Source: Octopus sinensis (taxonomy: Eukaryota). Taken from it: a DNA stretch of 64,000 nt. How positions within the stretch are numbered: position 1 is the stretch's first letter; each line of letters begins with the position of its first letter. Below, piece after piece: positions 1 to 12,059 of this stretch. The position numbers were made by a program, and so were the translations under genes. The notes beneath the pieces are model-generated. The model was not told the DNA's origin and made no database searches. It worked only from the letters and a program-made list of their open reading frames with translations. Location: the NCBI RefSeq assembly GCF_006345805.1, contig NC_043005.1:14570001-14634000 (forward strand). Direction: 5' to 3'.

Positions 1-236
1 AAGCAATGCTAGGGGGACAAACACACACACAAACACACACACGCATATATATATATATATGTATACATATATACGACAGGCTTCTTGCAGTTTCCGTCTA
101 CCAAATCCACTCACAAGGCATTGGTCGGCCCGGGGCTATAGCAGAAGACACTTGCCCAAGATGCCACGCAGTGGGACTGAACCCGGAACCATGTGGTTGG
201 TTAGCAAGCTACTTACCACACAGCCACTCCTGCGCC
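1..236 (-). mobile_element. SINE family A (tRNA-like head, CORE-like CTTGGGCAAG segment, internal TA/TG microsatellite); young subfamily; cut by the window edge
   Basis: Reverse complement begins GGCGCAGGAGTGGCTGTGTGGTAAG...GGTTCAGTCCC (A/B-box-like). About 20 copies or fragments in the window. Confidence 0.9.
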
Positions 237-892
237 TAGGTAAATATGTTTAAATATTTTGATATGCTACCAAATATTTTCACATAACCTTTGATATTTG
301 GGTACACAAATAATTAACGTCATGCTGTCGACCGCGTATCATTGTGTAAAATATGATGTGTCATTCATAGCTTTGCTTACATTTTCATATGTGAATTTTC
401 TTTACTGGCTCGCGGTGTGTCAGAAGAGTAAAGAAAACGCATTTTGATGAAGAATAAATTCGACGAAGCTAATTGGTTGAATTTTTTCATCATTGGTTGA
501 CAGTATTGTAGAGACAGTAACTTAACCATCTTTGCTGTGTCTAGGCTGTTTCCAGAAGCAAATACCTAGCCTAAGATACACGTACCCCCTTCTCACTCAT
601 GCATCCACCTGGAACAAAAAGACAAGCCAATACATTCGCAGCATCCATGGAACCGCTAGGAATGCCATATCTTGGTTAAGTATAGCCGTTCATATCTACT
701 TTAAGGCCCTCCCTCCTGATTTTCTGTAGGGGTTTACTCCCTTACAGCGAGATTAAATATATATTTATGAAACAAATATCACTCTGTATACAGACTTATT
801 CTGAAAGTATCAATAGAGTTCGAGAAAACACAGTGATTTCTATTGAGAGTCAATGGATATAAAGAATATATTTATGTATAAAGACCACATAC

Positions 893-1078
893 CATTGTAG
901 AGAAAGGTGTTAGTGTGACCACCGATTACAATATCAACACCTTCCACTTCTCGTGCAATTTTCTTATCCATTTCAATTCCTGCGTGACCTAAAGCTATGA
1001 TACGGTTGACACCTTCTTTCTGAAGTTCCTTCACCTGCTGTCTTACGCTTTCCATTTCATCCAAAAATACAACTGGAT
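893..1078 (-). CDS. NT5E: Ecto-5'-nucleotidase (CD73-like) internal exon, equivalent to vertebrate exon 3
   Basis: Translates (D)PVVFLDEMESVRQQVKELQKEGVNRIIALGHAGIEMDKKIAREVEGVDIVIGGHTNTFLYN(G), with the metal-binding ALGHxG and GGH[ST]NT motifs. Polypyrimidine tract plus AG acceptor (1080-1079) and GTATGT donor (892-887). 186 nt, phase 1 to phase 1. Confidence 0.95.
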
Positions 1079-1261
1079 CTACAAAAAAAAAGAAGAAAAT
1101 ATAAATAAAATTATTTAGTGAATAAATGAGGATTTCCAGCATAAATAAAAAAAACCCCTCACAATTTAAGGAGAGACGAGAGAGTTGGTTAGCTTGACTC
1201 CTCTATTTGACTGGTACTTTATATTCATCGTTCTGGAAGGGGCAGAATACAAAGTATACTC

Positions 1262-1502
1262 TTACTCTTTTACTCTTTTACTTGTTTCAGTCATTTGACT
1301 GCGGCCATGCTGGAGCGCCACCTTTTTAGTCGAGCAAATCGACCCCAGGACTTATTCTCTGTAAGCCTAGTACTTATTCTATCGGTCTCTTTTGCCGAAC
1401 CGCTAAGTTACGGGGACGTAAACACACCAGCATCAGTTGTCAAGCGATGTTGGGGGGACACACACAGACACACACAGAGACACAGACACACACAGAGACA
1501 CA

Positions 1503-1555
<53 letters not shown>

Positions 1556-1562
1556 CTATATA

Positions 1563-1597
<35 letters not shown>

Positions 1598-1759
1598 GAC
1601 GGGCTTCTTTCAGTTTCCGTCTACCAAATCCACTCACAAAGCTTTGGTCGGCCCGAGGCTATAGTAGAAGACACTTGCCCAAGTTGCCACGCAGAGGGAC
1701 TGAACCCGGAACCATGTGGTTGGTAAGCAAGCGACTTACCACACAGCCACTCCTACGCC
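1262..1759 (-). mobile_element. SINE family A, full length
   Basis: Head, internal (TA)n(TG)n and tail ending in (AAAGAGT)n. Confidence 0.9.
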
Positions 1760-1829
1760 TATATATTTCGATTCAATTCGAATTGAGAACGTAATTCTAT
1801 AAGTAATTTGGTAAAATGAAACGAAAAGC

Positions 1830-3255
1830 CAATTCACCTGCAATAACAAACGAAGTAGGATTTAGTGGGAGGAGTATGGAAAAGAGAAGTTACCACGGTT
1901 GTGATAGCTCAAGTAATAAAAGCAGCAGCTGACCAACTGGGGAGGAGTGCACATCATCCCAGGAAATAACCAAGACAATATAAAAAAGAACTGGAAGAGC
2001 CCTAGCCATACGTAAAATACCTCGCAATTGGTTCAAGTATTTGAAGCGTACAGAGTGTTGGTAAAAATATTTAGAAAGATACTGATAGAAAGGTAAAAGA
2101 GATTTGACTACTTACTGAGGATGAAAACCATTTTAGTTCCTGTGACTAAGTAAATAGTAAACCTTAGAAACTGAAGCTTTGTTACAGTTTACAAAGCCTT
2201 GAAAGTTTGATACCACATGAGATAATTAGATACCACGAAAAAAAAACATTTCCTGAAGAACAGGCATGTAGTAAGGAGTCATATGGCTATAAAGGTCAAT
2301 TATTGATCATCGGAGGTTATTCGCATGGCATTGGTTGATTACGTGAAGGCTACACCTGTTTCTTAGAACATCAATAATGAGCAGATACATTAAACTTGAA
2401 CAGCCTACAAACAATCCTGCAAATACATATAAGGGAGTTATAAAACACTAACCCTTCCTTAAATTCTGACTATAACATATCGTGGTGATTGATTCAGACT
2501 AGACCCTGATGCAAATGCTATGGGCGGATTAATACTACAGAGATTAGAAAACTGCGCTTATGCAATCTTGAAGAGAGGGAAATTAACGCTAATGTCATGT
2601 TAGGTAAAGGGCTGTGTGGTAAGTAGCTTGCTAACCAACCACATGGTTCCGGGTTCAGTCCCACTGCGTGGCATCTTGGGCAAGTGTCTTTTGCTATAGC
2701 CCCGGGCCGACCAATGTCCTGTGAGTGGATTTGGTAGACGGAAACTGAAAGAAGCCTGTCGTATATATGTATATATATATATGTGTGTGTATGTGTGTGT
2801 GTTTGTGTGTCTGTGTTTGTCCCCCTAGCATTGCTTGACAACCGATGCTGGTGTGTTTACGTCCCCGCCAATAGCGGTTCGGCAAAAGAGACCGATAGAA
2901 TAAGTACTGGGCTTACAAAGAATAAGTCCCGGGGTCGATTTGCTCGACTGGAGGTGGTGCTCCAGCATGGCTGCAGTGAAATGACTGAAACAAGTAAAAG
3001 AGTAAAAAGAGTAATCGGAGAATTAGACGTAACACAAAGTTACAAATGCTTGAGAATCAATGAACTTGTCTGAGTACGACGCGTAAATTAATTGATAAAT
3101 ATACTAAATGCAAAAACAGGCATCAGTATTCTAGCTATGCCAATAATAAATTATGTTAAGTTCTCAGCTGGGCGCTTAATAAATTAGCAATACTAGACGG
3201 AAACGACATTGATAACATTGATGACAACACTTAGAATGAGCGTGCTTAGGAATAT
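1830..3255 (+). mobile_element. Decayed R4/Dong-type non-LTR retrotransposon RT fragment, interrupted by a SINE A
   Basis: FPEEQACSKESYGYKGQLLI (from 2249) and ALVDYVKA resemble the R4/Dong motifs PEEQKGC..GCKDQLLI and AWIDYKKA. After the SINE, IGELDVTQSYKCLRI resembles ELDQEESYKYLGI. Many stops and frameshifts. Confidence 0.7.
2610..3012 (+). mobile_element. SINE family A, young subfamily
   Basis: About 97% identical by eye to the head of the 1-236 copy; inserted in the R4/Dong remnant. Confidence 0.9.
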
Positions 3256-3306
3256 CACATATCATCTGGCATTAGAAATATTTACCACGTAAATACCACG
3301 TATAGC

Positions 3307-3695
3307 GTGGAGGCGCAATGGCCCAGTGGTTAGGGCAGCGGACTCGCGGTCATAAGATCGCGGTTTCGATTCCCAGACCTGGCGTTGTGAGTGTTTATTG
3401 AGTGGAAACACCTAAAAGCTCCACGAGGCTCCGGCAGGGGATGGTGGTGATCCCTGCTGTACTCTTTCACCACAACTTTCTCTCACTCTTACTTCCTGTT
3501 TCTGTTGTACCTGTATTTCAAAGGGCCGGCCTTGTCACTCTCTGTGTCACGCTGAATATCCCCGAGAACTACGTAAAGGGTACACGTGTGTGTGGAGTGC
3601 TCAGCCACTTACACGTTAATTTCACGAGCAGGCTGTTCCGTTGATTCGGATCAACCGGAACCCTCATCGTTGTAACCGACGGAGTGCTTCCATCC
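3307..3695 (+). mobile_element. SINE family C (tRNA-derived head GGAGGCGCAATGGCCCAGTGGTTAGGGCAGCGGACTC)
   Basis: A/B-box-like head; flanked by a probable TSD ACCACGTATA; other copies at 9930, 20230, 30070 and 56856. Confidence 0.88.
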
Positions 3696-4040
3696 ACCAC
3701 GTATAACAGAGAAATAAATACCACATAAATACCACGTATAACAGAAATAAAGACCTTCTGGTGCAAGAAATTAATTTGAATGGACATCAGGAACACAAGG
3801 AATATGAAATTATTTGCAATTCCATACAGTACCGCCGTAAACAGTATCTGAACGTATATTTTATGTTTGATAGCAATAATGTTTTGAATAATAAACATGC
3901 TCTTGCATACTGGACTGATTCATTAACATGATGTATGATGTCTTAAATAATTTTATTCTAATTAAGATAAAAATTGTCCAAACACCTATATTGATATATT
4001 AAAAATACATATAAAAATTTATGAATATTAAACATACATA

Positions 4041-4417
4041 GGCGCAGGAGTGGCTGTGTGGTAAGTAGCTTGCTAACCAGCCACATGGTTCCGGGTTCAG
4101 TCCCACTGCGTGGCATCTTGGGCAAGTGTCTTCTGCTATAGCCCCGGGCCGACCAATGCCTTGTGAGTGGATTTGGTAGACGGAAACTGAAAGAAGCCTG
4201 TCGTATATATGTATATATATATATGTGTGTGTGTGTGTTTGTCCCCCTAGAATTGCTTAACAACCGATGCTGGTGTGTTTACGTCCCCGTCACTTAGCGG
4301 TTCGGCAAAAGTACTGGGCTTACAAAGAATAAGTCCCGGGGTCGATTTGTTCGACTAAAGGCGGTGCTCCAGCATGGCCGCAGTCAAATGACTGAAACAA
4401 GTAAATGAGTAAATGAG
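4041..4417 (+). mobile_element. SINE family A, full length, young subfamily
   Basis: Head 4041-4206 differs from the reverse complement of 71-236 at only 2 of 166 positions. Confidence 0.92.
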
Positions 4418-6278
4418 ATACAGTAATAATATAATGAAGTATAGGATTGTACATAAAAACGCTATATTACAAAGAAGAGAAAATAATAGGCGTCGAAAAA
4501 ATATCTTAGGTTACGTATTATTTATTTTAACATGTAACCTAAAATATTTTTCGAAGCTTCACTATACATATTTTTCCTTTTTATAAAATGCCCTTTTTAT
4601 CTACAATCCTATACTTCATTATATTTTTACTATGTTTCTATATTCATATATTTATATGTCTATATATGTTTTTAATATTCAGGAGTGGTTGTGTGGTAAG
4701 TAGCTTGTTTACCAATCACATGGTTCCGAGAGTAATTTGCGATTTTACGTTTATCGACCAGGTCTATTTTGCTCGGGGTCGATTCAATCCTACGATATCC
4801 ATTGTCATGAACCACTGTTAAAAACCAATAATTCTACACAAAAGGCAAGAAATTTGCCCGATAGAGCGACGGGCAAAATGTCTGTTGTTATTTAGTCTTT
4901 GTGTCCTTTTACCTTCGAATGGTAGGTAGAAGTGGGACATCTCGTCAGGTCAAAATTTGACTGTCCCTATGAATATAACTTTACTTCTAAAATCTGATTT
5001 TGCAAGGAACGACTTTGTTGTTCATCATTTTTTTATGTCTGATAATATTAAAATCAATAAAACTCAGTACCAGTTTAAAATTGCGATCGATATATTCGAT
5101 TGCTCTCCACCCACCTAAATTTCTGTTTTACATTACAAATATTGATTTCTAAGCTGCATTCCACAAGTTCCGTTATGACAATAAGTCCACATCAGCAAGA
5201 GATCAATCAGTCTCAAAACCTGACATGCCGAAATTACTTATTCTACAGCAGAGTGAAATATCTTTCAACCTTATAGGTAAGATTTTTTTTTATTTGAGCG
5301 CTGACGGAAACGAAATGCCATCATAAAAGAGTAGAATATTTTCGAAAAATTTATTAAAAAAAACAAAAAAACATTAGGAATAGGAAGTACTGTTAGATCC
5401 CTACTCTCTGTTCTTTTAACTTTTGAAGGACCTATACAATACTAGCTTGTTATTTAAAGCCCCACAGTTGTGCGATAGTGTACCCAAAAACTTAAGAAAA
5501 ATTGCTCTAGTATTCTCCTATATTTAAAAGGCATCTCGATGCATTTTTCTCAAATGTCCCAGGTTAGCTTCTGTAAAAAGCTACATTGAAAGTAGATCCA
5601 AAGGCGGATGGGGATAGTCTCTATGTTGACATTCGACTTACTAGAAATAACAACTAAATATTTCTCAGAGTTTCCTTTACCGTATGAAAAACTGCAGGAC
5701 ACATTTAATGATGCAACCATCGATTAATGAAAAAATGCAAGATGGTCATAACTGGAATGTCTTTAATCACAGGCCCGCTCAGTCAGAGCTGGTTTAGTCC
5801 TAAACAAGAGCAAAATCAGACCAGTCCTCACTAGTTCTTTGATCGACCTATCTGAGATACCATACATACTGAAAGACCAAACGAAAACATTGGATTCTTG
5901 AACAGGCTCAACAACGACAAAAAAGGCATAAATTATTCAACTGTGGAAGTAAAGGCCCACGATGACCTCAGCTGTGGTAGTCAAAACAGACGAAAGACTA
6001 AAAGAAATAGGAAGTAAATATATTATAGTGGTGGTTATAAAACTGGTGTGATACGCTTTAACACGTTGAAAAATGGGGAAAATCTAAGGAAAGAGAACTA
6101 CGATCCCGATCAATCATTGGTGATTGATTATATCCAATCTGGAATGCATAATGCAAGAGTTTAATTGTGCAATTTGCACTCACCATTCCAGCAGAATAGT
6201 AACTGGCTGCATTAATATACTCTATATTACAGTGAGTGTATGTCAACATACATACGTACATACGTATCTATGTCTGAC

Positions 6279-6285
<7 letters not shown>

Positions 6286-6314
<29 letters not shown>

Positions 6315-6366
6315 CATGTTTGTATGTATGTGTGTATGTATGTATGTATGTATGTATGTATGTATG

Positions 6367-6397
<31 letters not shown>

Positions 6398-6496
6398 TGC
6401 ATGTATGTATGCATGCATTCATGTATGTATGTATGTATGTATGTATGTATGCATTCATGTATGTATGTATGTATGTATATATGTATGCATGCATGC

Positions 6497-6529
<33 letters not shown>

Positions 6530-6570
6530 TGTATGTATGTATGTATGTATGTATGTATGTATGTATACAT
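6286..6570. repeat. (TA)n/(ATGT)n microsatellite
   Basis: Direct reading; explains the MYVC/YIHT ORFs. Confidence 0.95.
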
Positions 6571-6770
6571 GGACATATATTTATAAATATTAACTTCTAT
6601 AAGGAAAAAGTTGATGAAGACTGGCTGACATTAGTGCATATGTACTCTACAGGTGATGACCAGATGAATTCTTTTCTCAAAAGCTGATAGATCTTGATAG
6701 CATTGTCATTACAGGCACTGTTGTTTAGAACACAGGCCTTAGACAAATGGCAAGAGTCATTACTGTAGAC

Positions 6771-7543
6771 CAAGGGTCGCTAAAGGGGTCCGAGAGATCC
6801 CCTTGGGTTCGGTGAGCAATTACAAGGGGGTCGATGATAACCAAGGGATCGAATGGGGGTCGGCGTGCGAAAGACCAGCTCACCCAGATGAACTGCTTGA
6901 AATACTTAGTCAACGCCATGAAACGTGGAAAAACATGATATAATTTTCACTGCAACGAGAAGTCTGCTGTTGCTAACGTTCGAGGCCTGATGTCGCAATC
7001 TGTATCGCAATCGAAGATTGAGAGGTGTGATTGACGGGACGCGGACTGTCAAGTGCTTGCTTATAGAAATTGCCTGAACCCGGGGGAACGAGGTGATTTG
7101 AGACTGAAACTGACCAACATTCAGCTTGATATCAATGACTTGATTCAGGATCACCGTGCTCATACCTCACATTAATATTGTCAATCTCAATAAAAGATAT
7201 TCCAGCAATATGATGCGTTTTTCACGTTTTCTAACCGTGAAAACAATTTCATAAAAATTGAAAGTTTAATGCTGTATACTCGTACATGTAGTTTTAAATG
7301 TAAAAAGTGTGTAATTTTCAATAACATTTCTTAATTTGTTGTACATGTAATTTTTAGCTAACATTTTAATTGCCAGCATCAGTACTCGGTATGCATTTAA
7401 GATATGGTAAGGTAGGGTAAGGTATTAAGATATTTTAAATGAGGAGGGCGGTCGATGCAGAAGGAGAACTGGCTGAAGGGGGTCGATGCGGAAGGAGAAG
7501 TGGCTAAAGGGGGTCGATGGTCGAAAATGTTTGGCGACCCCTG
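6771..7543 (+). mobile_element. Non-autonomous hAT (Buster/Charlie-like) element with transposase C-terminal remnant
   Basis: TIRs CAAGGGTCGCTAAA / TTTGGCGACCCCTG and a perfect 8-bp TSD CTGTAGAC (6763-6770, 7544-7551) with central TA. 7089-7175 encodes RGDLRLKLTNIQLDINDLIQDHRAHTSH*, typical of the Buster transposase C-terminus. Confidence 0.88.
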
Positions 7544-7844
7544 CTGTAGACTATAGATTTGTACTTCCTCACCGATCAAAAAGATGAAAGATAAATTTGA
7601 CCTCGACAAGATTTAAGGTCAGAGAGCAAAGGTATTCTGTCTAGAGTCCTAACACCTCATTAAAAGATTACTTATGCGCGTTATTGATGACATGTAACTC
7701 GGTACGACGCAAAGTACAGGAATGTATGTTTTTAACATACGATTTTTACAGCAAGAATATTGCAAACACCCACACACAAACACACACGCACGCGCACGCA
7801 TAGATAAATATGTATATGAATGCATGTATGTGTGTGTGTATATA

Positions 7845-8100
7845 ACGTGGTCGACCTGAATATCGGATGTTGTTATACATCGTTAGTCACAATGCACTTT
7901 GTATCGTTTTAGTTTTTGAATGATGCTATCCCGCTGGCTAAGCAAGCAGACCAACATTCTCCCTGATCGGAGGACTAGTCCATCGCAGGGATACCCTTTT
8001 ACATCTGAGTGAACTGGAGCAATGTGAAATGAAGTGTTTTACCCGGTCCGGGAATCGAACCCATGATCTTGTGATCGTGAGTACAACAACTCCCTAATCA
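7845..8100 (-). mobile_element. Diverged tRNA-derived SINE (family D-like)
   Basis: Shares GAGTGAACTGGAGCAATGTGAA and CCGGTCCGGGAATCGAAC with 62775-63117. Confidence 0.55.
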
Positions 8101-8171
8101 CATTTTCTAACCGTGAAAACAATTTCATAAAGATTGAAAGTTTAATACTGTTTAATACTGTTTAACACTGT

Positions 8172-8377
8172 CACCATGGTAGATCGTTAGCCACTACACA
8201 CATTTTTTTCTCCCCTTGTTTCTCTCCTTGTTTTTTTTCTGTGTACCTTTCTGTAGAAGAGCGTAGGCTCGAAACGTAAAAGATTTTTTCTTTCCCTGAG
8301 TGTTATACTAATACATCTGTTTGTCTTGTACACCACCTGTCTTCGTCTTTTGTTTTTTTTCGTAAACTTTCCCTATA
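8172..8377 (+). mobile_element. Short Penelope-like terminal repeat carrying a minimal hammerhead-like motif, inserted into a second hAT remnant
   Basis: Flanked by duplicated TTTAATACTG; flanks 8103-8160 and 8378-8420 match 7228-7310. The PLE assignment is inferred from the motif. Confidence 0.6.
8247..8282 (+). ncRNA. Minimal type I hammerhead-like motif with A6U core change
   Basis: CTTT-CTGTAGA-A-GAGC(GTAG)GCTC-GAAA-CG-T-A-AAAG. Confidence 0.55.
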
Positions 8378-9156
8378 TTTAATACTGTATACTAGTACAT
8401 GCAGTTTTGGTGTAAAAAGTGACCTTCTTCAATAGAATTTCTTAACTTTCAATAGGACATTAAATTTGATGGTACAAACAGAAATTGAATTCAATGCGTA
8501 AAAGCAAATATGCATATAAAAAATTTAACTGCAAAGCTATGTAAGTGACTCAAGGGAGGAGTGTTTCATTCAATGTCATTATCAGGTTTGATCAGTGTAA
8601 CGCACGAAGTTCTCCGTCCTAAAGTCTATTACAGCTAAATAATATGAGCGAGTGTATGCGTTGTATGTGGTTGGGCGCGCGTGTAGAATAGCAGACGTAT
8701 TAATTTGAGATAAAGTAAATAACAAAATAGAAGGTAAACATTTCAAAAACAACATCGATTTTCCAGTAACTTTGGTTCCAATGCTTTTCCGAATTACCAA
8801 TTTTTTTTTTCCAAACTATGGATCAGCACACTCTAAATTAAACAAATATTAAATTTTCTTAAATAATTAAGTGACATACAAGTGACTGTACATTAGTGTA
8901 AATGATACAAGTTTGTTAATACTGTACAGTGCACAAATACCTTAGTCTGGCGGCCGCGGGAATTTGAAATTCCTGGTCGTAAATTAGTGTGGATTATAAG
9001 GGGTTCCGGATAATTGGTGTCCAGAAAGTTGGTGTTGCACCTGTACCTTATTTAAAATGAGACCTACGCAACTCACACTCACGTAATCGGTTGATACGTG
9101 GTTCGATGTCAGTCAATAGTCTTGTCATTTAAGGTAATAAATTAGTTGTAATAATA

Positions 9157-9553
9157 TCTTTATATATAAAACTAAAGTTGTGTGTCTGTCTCCTACGATT
9201 TAGATTCCTAACTACTCCCACATTTTGCGGTGCAGTTTAACCAAAACCGGGTATCTTATAGTCGTGATTCATATCGAGCCCTTCTGGGTATTAGCGCGCG
9301 TCCACGATGAGTTTACAATTTTTAAAAAAATTACCATCATTTTTTTCCATTTTAATGCATTTTTTCACTATCATATAAGGGAAGTAACTCTCTAAAAATG
9401 TCTACGATGAGTCAACGATTTAAAAAAAAATTTACCATAATTTTTTTTCCATTTTTAATGCATTTTTTTGCTATGTTTTGGCTATAACTCTCTAAAAATG
9501 CTTATGTAGTTATTTCCCTTACAAACCCGAGCAACGCCGGGCGATACTGCTAG
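9157..9553 (+). mobile_element. Non-autonomous Helitron
   Basis: A|TC 5' end, subterminal hairpin CCCGAGCAACGCCGGG, CTAG|T 3' end, no TSD; seven copies in the window. Confidence 0.9.
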
Positions 9554-9929
9554 TTCTATATGAAAGAGAAAGGCGTTTTACTGAATTAGTAGAGCGTCTC
9601 TATTAATGATCTATTGCATTTTGTTATGATTTTACATTATGAATTCAAGTCCCGGCGTTGTCAGCTTCTGTTCCAGCCAAATGTTGTTTCAACTTTTGGC
9701 AAAAGGCCATCGATACTTGTGGAGAAGGGTAAATTGATTACATCGACCACTGTACTTTACTTTACCAACCCTGAAAAGATGAAAAATAAAGTTGACCCTT
9801 ATAGGATTAGAACTCAGAATGGAAAAAAAACAGAAGAAATGCTGTGAAGCAGTTCGGCCGACACGCTAACGATTCTGCAAGCTCGCCGCCTTGTACCGGT
9901 CAAATGTTGACTTGTGTTTGCATTAATAT

Positions 9930-10323
9930 CGGATGGGATGGAAGCACTCCGTCGGTTACGACGACGAGGGTTCCGGTTGATCCGAATCAACGGAACAGCC
10001 TGCTCGGTGAAATTAACGTGTAAGTGGCTGAGCACTCCACAGACACGTGTACCCTTAACGTAGTTATCGGGGATATTCAGCGTGACACAGAGAGTGACAA
10101 GGCCGGCCCTTTGAAATACAGGTACAACAGAAACAGGAAGTAAGAGTGAGAGAAAGTTGTGGTGAAAGAGTACAGCAAGGATCACCACCATCCCCTGCCG
10201 GAGCCTCGTGGAGCTTTAGGTGTTTTCGCTCAATAAACACTCACAACGCCCGGTCTTGGAATCGAAACCGCGATCCTATGACCACGAGTCCGCTGCCTAA
10301 CCACTAGGCCATTGCGCCTCCAC
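9930..10323 (-). mobile_element. SINE family C, full length
   Basis: 10-bp TSD GCATTAATAT (9920-9929, 10324-10333). Confidence 0.9.
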
Positions 10324-10717
10324 GCATTAATATTATGAGTCTGATGTATTAGCATAAACATCAAACGCCTTTTGTTCATGTTCTTGGGATTAATTCCCTT
10401 CGCTAGCATCGAATTGTCTTCAACCAGAAATAGTTTGTTCTACCCATATGAAGTGGCTGGTGAGTCATCAGTGAAGCAAGTGAAATATTTGCGGAGAACA
10501 GAAACACTGCTATGTAGCAGTTAAACATTTTCACAACGAAGTTGGAGAAAGTAGAGCTAAAAAAACTTATAAGGTAAATGGTAATGTCTTCGGGCAAAAT
10601 ATAGCTAAGTCGGTTCGACATCTGCTCGTGGATTGCTTCATCGTCGTCTCAAATCAGTGCGTCTGATGCCTAATATTTATATTAATATCACGACATATAT
10701 ATTCTTTTATCCTTTTA

Positions 10718-11104
10718 TATGTTTCAGTCATTTGACTGCGGCCTTGCTGGAGCACCATCTTTTTAGTCGAACAACTTGACTCCTGGACTTATTCTTTGCA
10801 AGCCTAGTACTTATTCTATCGGTCTCTTTGCCGAACCGCTAAGTTACGGGGACGTAAGCACACCAACATCGGTTGTCAAGTAATGACGGGGGTGGGACAA
10901 ATATAGACATACAAACATATACGCACACACATATGTATATACGACAGGCTTCTTTTAGTTTCCCTCTGCCAAATCCACTCACAAGGCTTTGGTCAGCCCG
11001 AGGCTATAAGAGAAGACACTTGCCCAAGGTGCCACGCAGTGGGACTGAACCCGGAACCATGTGGTTGGTAAGCAAGCTACTTATCACACAACCACTTCTA
11101 CGCC
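10718..11104 (-). mobile_element. SINE family A
   Basis: Head, short internal microsatellite and tail. Confidence 0.88.
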
Positions 11105-11323
11105 TATAAAGCTTGACAATTTAGTAACAATAATAGTTTTCCTTTTTGGTAAAACAAGATTTACATCCAGTTTTATTCAGCAGTTAATTACTTCTTTTCG
11201 ATTCTGCACCTACATATGTTTCTGCAGCAATTAAATACACACACACACGCACACACATATATATATATCATAATAATATAACTAAGAAAGCCTTCTGGTT
11301 TGTTTATATATATACATATATAT

Positions 11324-11374
<51 letters not shown>

Positions 11375-11375
11375 T

Positions 11376-11417
<42 letters not shown>

Positions 11418-11422
11418 ATATA

Positions 11423-11620
11423 CCGTAAATCCTCGAGTATAATCCGCCCTTGAGTATAATACGCAGGGGAATACGTCTGAATAAACATTGCCGGACAGCA
11501 AATAGAGACTCGGACATTGCCTAGGAAATATTTTTCATTTTTAACCTCGTATATAGTACGCACTAGGGATTTTGACCTATAAATTTTAGGAAAAATGCAG
11601 ATTATACTCGAGGATTACGG
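11423..11620. mobile_element. Tc1/mariner-superfamily (pogo-like) MITE
   Basis: TIRs CCGTAAATCCTCGAGTATAATC / GATTATACTCGAGGATTACGG, with TA on both sides, inside a (TA)n run. Confidence 0.85.
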
Positions 11621-11638
11621 TATATATATTTTATACAC

Positions 11639-11670
<32 letters not shown>

Positions 11671-11671
11671 G

Positions 11672-11724
<53 letters not shown>

Positions 11725-12059
11725 ATATATGTACATAGACATAGGGATCTACTGCCCCATGTACGTGGGGGTGGACGCGAGTGCAGGTGTATACATATTC
11801 CTGCCCACACGCATAGGGATTCACTTCGTCTTGTAAATGCGTGTAAGTGCGAATGTGCCTATATGAACGCATGAGAGTGTATGTATGTACGTACGCGTGC
11901 GCGTCGGTTCGTGTACCCAACTACATGCGCCTTTTTCCATATACATCTGTATATGTTTACACGTGAGTACGTATGTATGCTTGTATGCGTGTAGCTGCGT
12001 ATGCGTGCGTATATGTGCGCGTGTATGTGGGTGTATGTATCCATGTGGGTGCGTATGTA

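Noticed and set aside
3307-3385. tRNA gene-like sequences at SINE heads (also 4041, 21663, 24075 and others)
   Set aside because: No complete cloverleaf; each continues into a repeated SINE body, often with TSDs.
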